From the NCBI GenBank assembly GCA_964036045.1, contig OZ038379.1:13144001-13208000 (forward strand): a stretch of 64,000 nucleotides of DNA. The letters run 5' to 3'. This document shows positions 37,919 through 50,115 of this stretch, in pieces (within the stretch, counting starts at the first letter, position 1; each line of letters opens with the position of its first letter). The notes beneath the pieces are model-generated. The model saw only the letters and a program-made list of their open reading frames with translations. It searched no databases and was not told the origin of the DNA. This DNA is from Eutreptiella sp. 'Long Island Sound 2002' (taxonomy: Eukaryota; Protista; Euglenida). The position numbers and the translations under genes were made by a program.

Positions 37919-40900
37919 CCCTTGGTACACGCTAGAACACCCAATCTTGTTCTAGCCTAGAACACTCTAGCTAGAACGTTCTAGCCTAGATTAGATCAAC
38001 TCTAGAACGATATAATAGCCTAGGTAGAACACAAAAAACAAATTATCACACACGCACACACACGAACACACCCACACACACATGCATGCACACATTTTGT
38101 CGTAGGCACGGGCACTGTGGGGCTACCCTCCCTTCAAGCGTTGGTTGGGGGGGGGGGGGTGTCGTTGCTTTTGTCACACATTTTTCAGGGGGGGGCTTGA
38201 GAACTACCTTGGGCGGGGGGGGGGGGGGTTGAACTCAGGGGTCTGGGAGGGTGTTCTTCTCTTTGTTTCATAGGTGTTTTTTTTATTGGATTTTGTGGGT
38301 TGGACCTGCCAAACTGCAATTTCAAGTTGCAGGTGTGCCATGCAATGCTGTGCAGTGTTGTGGTGTGTTGTGGTCTCGTTAGGTGTAAAGTGGTGTGTTG
38401 TGCTGTATTTTAGTCCGTTGTGGTGTGTGATCCACTATGGTGTTCTGTGCTGTGTAATGGCGTGGTGTGTTGTGTTGTGGTCACATGAGGTGCGTTGTGG
38501 TGTGTGGCGGTGTCATGTGGTGTGGTCTGGTGTCATGTGCTGTGGCCTCATGTCATGTGGTGTGGTGTGTTGTGGTGTGCCGTGCTGCGCTGCGGTCTGC
38601 TGTAGTGTGTGATTGGCTCTGGTGTGTTGTATTGTGTGGGGGGGTAGTGTGTTGTGGTCACATGATGTGCGCTGTGGTGTGTTGTGCTTTCATGTGGTGT
38701 GGTTGGTGTGGTTCGTTGAATGGTGTGTTGGTTGCCTGGCAGGTTGGGTTGTTTGGCCGCTTGGGTTATTTGTTGGGTGTTTGGCCGGTTGGGGCATGCT
38801 ATGTGGTGTCTGCACCCTGTGGTGTGTGCCGTGGTATGCTGTTGTATGCTCTATGATGTCATGTGTGTGGGTACACATGTATTTGCTGCCATCCCAAGGG
38901 GGGGGGGGGGCTGGTAAGCAGTTACTTTTTTTGTTCTAGCGCCGTTCTAGGGAAGTGTTCTAGCGGCGTTCTAGCAGCGCTCTAGCGGGCCGCTAGAGCG
39001 CCGCTAGAACACTTCCCGCGAACGCCCCTAGAACAAAAAAAGTAACTGCTTACCAGCCCCCCCCCCCTTGGGATGGCAGCAAATACATGTGTACCCACAC
39101 ACATGACATCACAGAGCATACAACAGCATACCACGGCACACACCACAGGGTGCAGACACCCCACAACATGCCCCAAAGGGCTATACACCCATCAAATAAC
39201 CCAAGCTGCCAAACAACTCAACATAGCTACAAACCAAAGCATATCACACACCACAACAGACTACAACACAGTGTCATGTGGTGTGGTGTGGTGTGATGCA
39301 GTGGGGTATCGTGTGATAGGGTTGCCTGTCTGGTTTGTTGAATGGTGTGTTGGTTGCTTGGCAGGTTGGGTTGTTTGGCAGCTTGGGTTATTCCTTGGGT
39401 GTCTGGCTGGTTGGGGCATGCTGTGTGGTGTCTGTACCCTGTGGTGTGTGGTGCTGTATGCTGTTGTATGCTGTGTGATGTCATGTGTGTGGGTACCCAT
39501 GTAATTACTGCCAGTCCAAGGGAGGGGCCATGAGGCAACGGAAACTGGGCTCGCATACGCCCCCGTGTCACAGGCGCATGGTCATAACCACATTGTTCAG
39601 TGTTTTGCTTGCTGCACTGCAGCGTAGACCAGTTCTGTACCACACCACACCAGGTGGCTGCTGGCTGTGCATGGGCACTGTTCCTCTGGACATTGAGGTC
39701 AGCTCGCACCCACCACCCACCCACAGTGCCGGTTAGTCTCTAACCCTTGCCCTGCAGGTCGTGACCTTGTCATGCACTTGTTCTATGGCTCGTGAGGTCG
39801 TGTCAAACTCCATCCTTAGGGGCGCAATGGCGCCTTGGTTGGCGCAAAGGCGTCTCAGCATTTCAGCATGTGCTCCGTCTGTCAGGCTACTCAACAAATC
39901 ACTGCTGTATTGCATGTGGCGCATACCACTTCTGCTCCCCACCATGCATGCGCATGCCGCCCACATATTCATGCCTACTTGCTTTCGTCATCCTCACATG
40001 GGCCGCACTCTCGCCGCCCCAGTCTTGCTTTGGCTGCTCAACACGTGACAACATGTTGAGCCTATGGCTCAGGGGCGCTACGGCGCCCTGCTTTTTCATT
40101 TCTTGACTGTTCCATGTCTCCGTGGCGTCCCTTTCACCTTGCTCAGCTCGAACCCACCCTGATCAGCTCGAACCCTGGTCAGCTCGAACCCACCACCTCC
40201 CTTTGCGCCGGTTAGCCGCGGTCTCTCGCTCCAAGGGAGGGGGGGGGGGGCTGATATGCAGTTACTTTTTTTGTTCTAGCGGCGTTCGCCGGAACTGTTC
40301 TAGCGGCGTTCTAGCGGCGCTCTAGAACGCCGCTAGAACGCCGCTAGAACAGTTCCCTAGAACGCCGCTAGAACAAAAAAAGTAACTGCTTACCAGCCCC
40401 CCCCCCCCTCCCTTGGATTGGCAGTAATTACATGGGTACCCACACACATGACATCACACAGCATACAGCACCACACACCACAGGGTGCAGACACCACACA
40501 GCATGCCCCAACCAGCCAGACACCCAACAAATAACCCAAGCTGCCAAACAACCCAACCTGCCAAGCAACCAACACACCATTCAACAAACCAGACAGGCAA
40601 CCCTATCACACGATACCCCACCGCACCACACCACACCACACCACATGACACCAGACCACAGCACATGACACCCGACCGCACCACATGACAACACAGCACA
40701 CCACAGGGCACGTCATGTGACCACAACACACTACCCCCCCCCCCCCTGCACAGTACAGCACACCACAGCAGATCACACACTACAGCAGACCGCAGCACAC
40801 CACAGCACACCACACTCTATGACACCACATTACACCTAACGAGACCACAACACACCACAACACTGCACAGCATTGCATGGCACACCTGCAACTTGAAATT

Positions 40901-41129
40901 GCAGTTTGGCAGGTCCAACCCACAAAATCCAATAAAAAAACACCTATGAAACAAAGAGAAGAACACCCTCCCAGACCCATGAGTTCAACCCCCCCCCCCC
41001 CCCGCCCAAGGTAGTTCTCAAGCCCCCCCCTGAAAAATGTGTGACAAAAGCAACGACACCCCCCCCCAACCAACGCTTGAAGGGAGGGCAGCCCCACAGT
41101 GCCCGTGCCTACGACAAAATGTGTGCGTG

Positions 41130-41165
<36 letters not shown>

Positions 41166-41609
41166 TATGTGTGTGTGTGTGTGTGCGCGCAAATATGACT
41201 AGACATGTACCAAATGTGATGGTTTCTATGTGTCTATGTGTCATGGAACCCCCCCCTTCCCACATTGGTGTCTTTTACTTGCCAAATGTGTGCATGTTTT
41301 TGTTCTAGCATCGTTCTAGCTAAGCGTTCTAGGAACGTTCTAGCGCCGTTCTAGCGGGGCGGCGCTAGAGCGCCGCTCGAACGTTCCCAGAACGGTTTTT
41401 TGTACTTGTTGAATTTCAGGTCAAAAATGTGGTTTTCTGAAAAACAAGGTATGGACCCCCTAGTATGGTAATAGGGGTCCAATTTGCACCCTTCATACCC
41501 CCGCCCCCCTATACCCATGGGTCGGGGCAACCACTACTTTTTTTCGTTCTAGCCGCTCTAGCCGGTTCTAGGCTAGAACGAGATTGGGTATTCTAGCATG
41601 TACCAAGGG
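37919..41609. mobile_element. 3.7-kb non-autonomous foldback DNA transposon inserted in the satellite (CCC termini, 2-bp CA TSD; CMC-like)
   Basis: TIR CCCTTGGTACACGCTAGAACACCCAATCTTGTTCTAGCCTAGAAC vs the reverse complement ending at 41609. Flanks ggctaCA|...|CAtaacc restore the satellite consensus ggctacataacc. Arms ~38050-38990 and ~40325-41170 are inverted copies. Confidence 0.85.
39526..40232 (-). mobile_element. ~700-bp dispersed repeat (SINE-like), copy A, nested in the foldback element
   Basis: Colinear with 53163-53830 (ggccatgaggcaacggaaactgggctcgcatacgcccc...). The minus strand carries GGGTTCGAGCT B-box-like motifs and a CGGCTAACCGG A-box-like motif. Confidence 0.75.
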
Positions 41610-44413
41610 CATAACCTTTGCCTTCGCAGCGGTTCCAACGTCGTGAGCAATCAATGTGGCTACATAACCGCTGTCTTCTGGAGGTCGCCAAATTGGGGAG
41701 CAACCAATACAGCTACATAACCATTTCCTTGTCGCGGCAACCGATGTGAGTGGAGTCAATTTGGGTAAATGACCCGTGCCGCCAAAGAGTCCCCAATGTG
41801 CCGAGCAATCGTTGTGGCAGCATGGCACCTGCCTTCTCAGGTTCCCTAACGTGGTGAGCAATCAATGTGGGTAAATCACCTTGCCATGTCAGAAACCCCA
41901 AAGCGGGGAAGAACCATTATGGCCACATAATCAACCGTGTTCACCATCGCGGCAATGTGGGCACAATACGAAGGGCCTATATGACCCTGCCTTCTCGGAG
42001 CCCAGAAAATCTGCAGTAATGCATGAGGCTACACAATTTTTGCCTATGCAAGATCCCCAAAGTGCGGAGACATATAAGTGCCTACATAATAAATACCTTT
42101 TGAGGATCCCCAAAATGTGGAGCAATGAATGAGGGTGCATGACCACTGCATTCTCACAATCACAACAATGCGAATGAATCAACTTGACCCCCTAACTGTT
42201 GAGATGTGAGGATCCCAAAAGAGGGGAGAAAGTAACATGCCTGCATAGTTCCTTTCTTCTTGGGGTCCCCGAATTGGAGAGCCGTCAATTTGGCAAAGTC
42301 AACTCACACTTCCCGGGTGCTCAACGTGGGGATCAATGTGGCCACCTGACTCCAACGTTCTCGAGGTCACCAATGTGGGGACGATCAACGTGGCTACATC
42401 ACCTCTGCCTTGCTGGCATCCTCGAAGTGGGGTGAAATTAATGTGGCCACATAACCTCTATGGCGTCAGGGTTTAGAAACCGGGTAGCAATCTAAGTGGC
42501 TGCAGCACAGGTGCTGCAGGGGAGTCCCAAAAGTGGGGAGCAATAAAAGTGGCTACATAACGCCTACTGCGGGGTAGTCCCATAAGTGGGGAGCATTCGA
42601 TGTCGCTACACAACCGTTGCCTTCTCAAGGTCTCCAAAAAAAGAGCAATCAAAACGGCTACAAAACCACGGCCTTCTCGCGGGCCCTAATGTGCGGCAAT
42701 CAATGTGGCAACATCATCCTTGCCTTCTCACTGTCCCCATTCAGTTCATTCATTGCAACGTGGTGAGCTACGTATTTGGCTACATAACACCCGTGTTCGT
42801 GGGGCACCCAAAGGGGTGAGCAATCAATGTGGCTACAGAAACGCTGCCTGCTCGAGGGTACAAATGATGGAGGAATCAAGACGGCTGCAAAACCATGGCC
42901 TGATTGGGGGCCCAAATGTGAGAGCAATCAATGTAGCTATATCACCCCTGCCTTCTTGCTGTCCAGAACATGGTGGGCAATGTCCCCAACAGGGTCAGCT
43001 CTCAATGTGGCTACATGAACCATGTCTTTGCGGGGTCCCCAACATGGTGAGCAATCATTGTGGCTCCATAAACGTTGTTCTCCGGGTCCCGAACTTGGTG
43101 CGCAATCCATGTGGCGACATAGCCGCTGCCTTTTCGAGGTCCCTGAAGGTGGCAGCAATCAATGCCGCTACAAACCACCGCCTTTTCAGGGGCTCAAATG
43201 TGGGAGCAATCAAGTTGGCTACATACCCTCTACCTTCGCAAAGTTACCTAACACAATGAGCAATCGATGTGGCTACATAACCCCCGCTTTCGTGGAGTCC
43301 CCATCGGGGAGCAACAAATATAGCTACATCACCCTCGCCTTCCTGAGGTGCCCAGACCGGGGAGCAACCAATATGTCCCCATTGCGGCGAGCGATCAATA
43401 CACCTACATAAACGCTGACTTCTCACAAGGCCCAATGTGAGAGCAATCAATTTGGCTACAAAACCCATGCCTTTTCGGGGTCCCCAACATGGTGGGCAAC
43501 CAATGTGGCTACAAAACCCATACCTTATAGAAGCCCCAACGTAGGGAGCAATAAGCGGGGCTCTACGGCTCCTAGCCTGGCGGGAACCCCAAAGTGCGGG
43601 GCAATCGGTGTGGAAACATTATGACTACCTTCTTGCGATCCGCAAATGTGTAGCAATTAAATTGGCTAGATAACAAACGCCTTCTTGGAGTCCGCACAAT
43701 GGGACACAATGAATGGACCTACCTAGCGGTTGCTTTCCCACGATCCCCATAGTGGGGAGTAAGCAACGTGGCTAGATAGTCTTTTCCTTGTTGGGCCCCC
43801 TATAGTGGGGACCAATGGACGTGCCTAAGTCAGCTCACCCTTCTCGGGGTCTCCAAAGGGGGGAGCACTAAATGTGGCTACATAACTCCTGTCTTTGCAA
43901 GGGCCCCAAAGAGTGGACAAATCAAACTCATGACGTAATGACCGCCTTCTTGCTATCCGCAAAGAGTAGAGCAATCAACATGGCAACACAATCAATGCCT
44001 CCTCGGGGTCACCAAAGCTAAAAGTAATGTATCTAGTCCCTTCTCGGTGTCACCAAAGTGTTGAGCAACCAATGCGGCTCCGAAATGATAGCTTTGCAAC
44101 TTCCCTAGAAGTGAGAGCTATCAATGTGCATTCCTAAATGTTGCCTTGTCGAGGTCCCCAAAGCAGGGAGCCATCAATGCGGCTACAGAAAAGCTGCCTT
44201 CTCGCGGCCCCAAATGTGAGAGCAATGACTATGGCTACATAACCCTTGGCTTCTCCGTGTTCCCAAGATGGTCAGCAATCAATGTCGCTACATTACCCAT
44301 GCCTTATTAGTGTCTCCTGAGCAATCGATGGGCCTACGTAAATCCCTTCTTTGTAGAGTCCTCAAACGGGTGTGCAATTAATGTGGCTAATAACCACTGC
44401 CGTCTCGGGGTCC
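41610..44413. repeat. Degenerate ~53-bp satellite array, right part
   Basis: The same gagcaatcaatgtggctacataac monomer continues and ends abruptly at 44413. Confidence 0.95.
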
Positions 44414-45292
44414 GAGTGTAACACAGCCAACACCAGTTCTACGCAATGCCACAAATCCCAATCTCCAATGAGGTGATTCAGCAGTGGTTGAGGACGTGTG
44501 GAACATCAGCAATCAGCAAATACACAAACTCATCACAACCTCAGTACGTGCAATGGCCATTGATGAAATGCTTAGGCAGTGGTTCAGGATTGTCTTGACA
44601 TCATGAACACAAACTGTCGATATCAGACTGACGTATGAAGCAACAACACATTCTAACCTCACATGTACAAACACGAAAAAATGCAAACACTGGACAAACC
44701 AAAAGAGCTGGCTAACCTAAATGGCACACGGAGTCAATTGTGCGTCTTTTACGCAACATAGCTAAGATTTGATTGCACCAACCTTTCACAAGAGAGAAAC
44801 AAACTCCTAGACAGCTACCATGCATCTGAAAGCCTTCACCACTCTTGGATGTCTTTTGTTTTGTCAGTGTGCCAGTCTGCTCTGTTAAAGCGAGATGTAT
44901 CAATGATGAAAACCAAAACAGACATGGTGTCACCCATGCAGCAGTGGTGCATGGCTGTGCAACTACACCATCAGGTTAGTCTGTCCTGCTTGGCTGGACC
45001 CTAGCACAGCAAACGTACTGAACCACAGTGAATGGGGGCTTGGAAGTATGGAATTGTGGCAGGAATGGTTTAACATCAAGCTTCAGCCACAAATTAAAAT
45101 CCCCATTGCACAATATTAGATCCAAATGTACAAATCAACAACCAAGTGTAACTCCTAACATCATGCCCCAAAAATACAAGCAAGAAAGACACTTGGATAC
45201 CCTGTTTTTGGATAAGAAGGTGCAATGTCTCAGTCCAACAGGGAACATAAGTAAAATCAATGGCACGTCATAGAGCTGGGTAAAATGTCATC
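44414..45292. repeat. Block A, duplicated at 48169-49557
   Basis: gagtgtaacacagccaacaccagttctacg...gagctgggtaaaatgtcatc. The second copy has extra segments at ~48365-48560 and ~48995-49310. Confidence 0.93.
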
Positions 45293-45294
45293 AT

Positions 45295-45516
45295 GTGCCT
45301 CAAACCGGGGCCGACAAGGAGAAAGCAAGGGTGGGCGGTGTATCGCCTCTCTTCGTCGCCAGCCAGAACGGCCATGCCGAAGTCGTGAAGTTTCTGGTGG
45401 ATGCGGGGGCCGACAAGGAGCAAGCGACGGAGGCGGGCTCATCCCCTTTGTTCATCGCCTGCCAGAATGGTCGCCTGGATGTCGTGATGTGTTTGGTGGA
45501 GAGTGGAGCCGGGTGA
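45295..45516 (+). pseudogene. Ankyrin-repeat fragment (two repeats)
   Basis: GADKEKARVGGVSPLFVASQNGHAEVVKFLVDAGADKEQATEAGSSPLFIACQNGRLDVVMCLVESGA. It starts abruptly after block A and is followed by a frameshift/stop. Confidence 0.85.
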
Positions 45517-46406
45517 TAAGGCCCACAGCACAATGGTACGGCTTTATGAGCGACAGGTGCTCAACTCGCCACCACGTATGTTAGCACTGGCTCTGGAAGG
45601 GAAGCCAGGAGCACTGACACTGGACAAGGACAACATGCAGGATGGGAATGTGCTGTCGCGTGCGAGCACTGCAGTCCTCATGCTGATATCCAGTACTTTA
45701 GCATCGATATGGAGATCACGAGGAGAAAATAAAATGTCTATGTACAGAGGCACATCAGCTGAGGTGATCCTATCAAAGATAAGAAAACCCCCGGAGCCAG
45801 AGTCTGTCCCCAACCCATGAGAAAGTGGCACTGGGGGGTCGGGCATTGTGACGCTCATGTGTGCAACTACCGCCATAGAAGTGGCGCTCGGATCTACAGC
45901 TTTGCATGTGGGTGGCCATGGACTGCTGGCTATCTGACGCACTCCGCGGCCCTTCCGTGGGCAATTTTCGCTGGACATCTGTGCAGCATGACCCCGGACC
46001 AGTCGCGGCTGAACTTCACCAAACGGCCAACAGAAGGGCAAAAGCGGGGAGGAAGCAGGGCAAAGAGGGGCACGAGGATAAGCGGGACAAGTGATGTCAC
46101 AGTTGGGACCACAGAAGAGCAAGAGGGATACAACTGGGGGGGCTGCAGTCCTGGTTTCTGGCCTGTGCCGTCCGGTTCATGAATGAGAACGACCCCAACG
46201 CACCGAAACCGTGGGTTTCATCACTTTGGGGTGCGTTTTGATGCGCAGAAAACGAGCCAAAAACGCTCCAATCGACCCTTTCGAAGGGATCATCAACACC
46301 GTGCGATATTTCAAACTCCACTCGTTCTGCCCCGTCTTTGTCGCTGTCAGAAGTCTGAAAATTGCAGGTTTTGGGGGGGCGGCTGGACACCATGCTCAAA
46401 GAGCGG

Positions 46407-47414
46407 TTAACACAGCCTTCGCCGTTTTGCTGGGGGCAGGGGCCGGGGGGGTGGGTGCCCGCACGGGCGTGTGGGCGGTTCACGAGGCAGAAAGCCAAGG
46501 GCCAGCAGCAGCACTTCTTTGGGGAGGGTGGCGATCAACCCACAGCGCCCGCAGCCTTCGCAGCCCCCGCACCGCGCGTAGAGGAGCATGGCCGTGCGCA
46601 CCACGTCCTGCACGGCCGGGGGGAAGAGCGTGTTCCCTTCGGGGTTCCAGACCACCGCATCCGCGACGAACCGCCGAGTGGCGGCAGACCCGAGCATGAC
46701 CGGCGTCACACTGCCGGCCTCCGTCAAAGGGGAGGCCCCGGAGCGCAGCAGTCGCTGGATCACCGGCCGGCAATCAGCCTCGCATGCGAAATGCAGCGGC
46801 CCCCAGCCCGCCACGGAGTGCAGCCACGCCGCTACGTCCGCGGCGGCTTCACTGCAAAGGTCTGGCAATAGAGCGGGCGACGGAGGGGGGCAGCGGCCGG
46901 CCTCGCCCACCAAATACTTCACGACGTCCAAATGGCCGTGCCTGCTCGCCATGGCCAGGGGGGCCGCCCCGTCCGCGTCCGCGGTCTCCTTGTTGGCCCC
47001 GCACGCCAGCAGGTACTTCACGACCCCCAGGCGGCCGTGGCAGCTCGCGATGTACAGCGGCGACGCCCCGTACTCGTCGGCGCCGTCTTTGTCGGCCCCG
47101 GACTCCACCAAATACTCGACGACGTTCAGGTGGCCGTTCTCGCTGGCGTAGAACAGGGGCGACACGCCCCCGCGCATGGCCTTCTCCTTGTCCGCCTCGG
47201 CCTCCACCAGGTATTTCACGACGTCAAGGTGGCCAAACGCGCTGGCGATGATCAAAGGCGACGCCCCATGGCAATCCGTGGCCTCCATATCTGCCCCGGA
47301 CCGCATTAAATACTTCACCACTTCCAGATGCCCAAACACGCTTGCGGTGACCAAAGGCGACGCACCGAACACCGTTGCTTTCTCTATATCCGCGCCACTC
47401 CTCCCATCGAACAT
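46407..47414 (-). CDS. Ankyrin-repeat protein (5 canonical + 1 divergent repeat) with a C-terminal F-box-like motif; probably a terminal exon or 5'-truncated gene
   Basis: Five G.SPL..AS..GHL.VV.YL repeats, then WNPEGNTLFPPAVQDVVRTAMLL...LPKEVLLLALGFL. The sequence is GC-rich and coding-like. The ATG at 47414 lies in block B, and the ankyrin sequence begins at ~47400. Confidence 0.9.
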   Translation of the reverse strand: MFDGRSGADIEKATVFGASPLVTASVFGHLEVVKYLMRSGADMEATDCHGASPLIIASAFGHLDVVKYLVEAEADKEKAMRGGVSPLFYASENGHLNVVEYLVESGADKDGADEYGASPLYIASCHGRLGVVKYLLACGANKETADADGAAPLAMASRHGHLDVVKYLVGEAGRCPPPSPALLPDLCSEAAADVAAWLHSVAGWGPLHFACEADCRPVIQRLLRSGASPLTEAGSVTPVMLGSAATRRFVADAVVWNPEGNTLFPPAVQDVVRTAMLLYARCGGCEGCGRCGLIATLPKEVLLLALGFLPREPPTRPCGHPPPRPLPPAKRRRLC

Positions 47415-47960
47415 AAATTTGCAACACCGGAACTAGAAATATGCAAAAAAGAAAAGGGGATGCACACTTAAATCGTCAAGATCAATCCACTGATCTCCAT
47501 ATCCACTGTACCACTGTTGTTGTTCTGTTCACATTGTCTCTCAAATGAACACAATGCCCTGTGAATCTCACGCTCAATGGGTCTACCAAAGTGAGTCACT
47601 CACGTTGGTAACATTATTGTTAGATAGACATGTCATCACAGCTCAGCTACCGAGGCCTTGCGGATCACAGCAGCGTAAAGCCATGGCATGATATCCACGT
47701 TGCTTATTGGGCAGATAGATTTACTAGCGTTGCATTTGTTCTTCAACCTGGATATGTCCATCACCACCCACATTCTATCTGCACATCTACCATATTGTAT
47801 CATTGAAATATAATCGCAGCCACCAGCTGTGCAGATACTTCAGCCAACCCTTTCACAGCCACATGCAGATCCATCTTCCATTCGCCTTTCAGTCCAACAG
47901 GGAACACAATTGAAATAATAGTTGGTCATGGAGCTGGGTAAGGTCTCATCATGGCGCTTA
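47401..47960. repeat. Block B, duplicated at 49558-50115
   Basis: ctcccatcgaacataaatttgcaacaccgg...gagctgggtaaggtctcatcatggcg, near-identical in both copies. Confidence 0.93.
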
Positions 47961-48168
47961 CATAACACAAACACCTGCATCTGAACACAAAAAGTGTCAC
48001 CAACAGCAAAGACGTATCAGATTGAGGACTGGAAGAATGGGTCACATCATTGCTCAGCAACACTACTCATTATTCGCCACCAAGAAATAGCACCTGCAAC
48101 ATCCCAAACATTGATCTTTCGGAACATGCCTCCGGGAGGGCACATCCACACCTTGTGGCTCAATGAAA

Positions 48169-50115
48169 GAGTGTAACACAGCCAACACCAGTTCTACGCA
48201 ATGCCACAAATCCCAATCTCCAATGAGGTGATTCAGCAGTGGTTGAGGACGTGTGGAACATCAGCAATCAGCAAATACACAAACTCATCACAACCTCAGT
48301 ACGTGCAATGGCCATTGATGAAATGCTTAGGCAGTGGTTCAGGATTGTCTTGACATCACGAACACAAATAGCATAAGTCCCCCTGACAGAAGCTACTTGG
48401 TGGCCAGTGGCCTTAGCCAAGGGCTTGTGGCATTCTCGAGAGTATCTCCACATTCCTTGTGTGGCCACCTAGAGATCCGTACACTTGACCCACCATTGGG
48501 GGCCAAGCTCACAGACAGAGACTCTGTGTTGGCAAATACAAAACATAAATGCACTGTACAAATCAGACTGACGTATGAAGCAACAACACATTCTAACCTC
48601 ACATGTACAAACACGAAAAAATGCAAACACTGGACAAACCAAAAGAGCTGGCTAACCTAAATGGCACACGGAGTCAATTGTGCGTCTTTTACGCAACATA
48701 GCTAAGATTGGATTGTACCAACCTTTCACAAGAGAGAGAAACAAACTGCTAGCCAGCTACCATGCATTGTGCATCTGAAAGCCTTCACCACTCTTGGATG
48801 TTTTTTGTTTTGTCAGTGTGCCAGTCTGCTCTGTTAAAGCGAGATGTATCAATGATGAAAACGAAAACAGACATGGTGTCACCCATGCAGCAGTGGTACA
48901 TGGCTGTCCAACTACATCATCAGGTCAGTCTGTCCTGCTTGGCTGGACCCTAGCACAGCAAACGTACTGAACCACAGTGAATGGGGGCTTGGAAGCATTC
49001 CCCTCACCAAACCAAGCAAGTCTATGGGGTGTTTATGAGTTACATTGCAACCATTGTGTGCATGTGCACAATGCAACAACACTATCTGCAATATACACAG
49101 ACAACATTGCATCCCATCAGTCAATATTCGTTTAAGCATGTATCGATCAGACAAATGCCTCAAAGCATCACATTTTCTTGGAACCCTTGGCCCACTGGTT
49201 TTTCTACACCCTACAGTGCACACTCAAAATCATCATCTATCCTCTACAGCAACACATACCCCCATCTGATGACACCCAAGCAACGACAACAAAGCAACAC
49301 ATGGCCATGATGCAGGAATTGTGGCAGGAATGGTTTAACATCAAGCTTCAGCCACAAATTAAAATCCCCATTGCACAATATTACATCCAAATGTACAAAT
49401 CAACAACCAAGTGTAACTCCTAACATCATGCCCTAAAAATACAAGCAAGAAAGACACTTGGATACCCTGTTTTTGGATAAGAAAGTGCAATGTCTCAGTC
49501 CAACAGGGAACATAAGTAAAATCAATGGCACGTCATAGAGCTGGGTAAAATGTCATCCTCCCATCGAACATAAATTTGCAACACCGGAACTAGAAATATG
49601 CAAAAAAGAAAAGGGGATGCACACTTAAATCGTCAAGATCAATCCACTAATCTCCATATCCACTGCACCACCGTTGTTGTTCTGTTCACATTGTCTCTCA
49701 AATGAACACAATGCCCTGTGAATCTCACGCTCAATGGGTCTACCAAAGTGAGTCACTCACGTTGGTAACATTATTGTTAGATAGACATGTCATCACAGCT
49801 CAGCTACCGAGGCCTTGCGGATCACAGCAGCGTAAAGCCATGGCATGATATCCACGTTGCTTATTGGGCAGATAGATTTACTAGTGTTGCATTTGTTCTT
49901 CAACCTGGATATGTCCATCACCACCCACATTCTATCTGCACATCTACCATATTGTATCATTGAAATATAATCGCAGCCACCAGCTGTGCAGATACTTTAG
50001 CCAACCCTTTCACAGCCACATGCAGATCCATCTTCCATTCGCCTTTCAGTCCAACAGGGAACACAATTGAAATCATAGTTGGTCATCGAGCTGGGTAAGG
50101 TCTCATCATGGCGAT
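48169..50115. repeat. Second copy of blocks A and B, joined directly (A' 48169-49557, B' 49558-50115)
   Basis: Junction tgtcatc|ctcccatcg lacks the 45293-47400 ankyrin-bearing interval and shows 2-bp TC microhomology. Confidence 0.93.

Noticed and set aside
38274-41308. Cys/Val/Trp-rich and His/Thr-rich ORFs
   Set aside because: They are translations of (GTGTG)n-like low-complexity foldback arms, mirrored on both strands.
34406-44413. CRISPR-like array (recurring aatcaatgtggctacat at regular spacing)
   Set aside because: The whole 53-bp unit is homologous between copies, so there are no unique spacers. Repeats are degenerate, no cas genes are present, and the context is eukaryotic.
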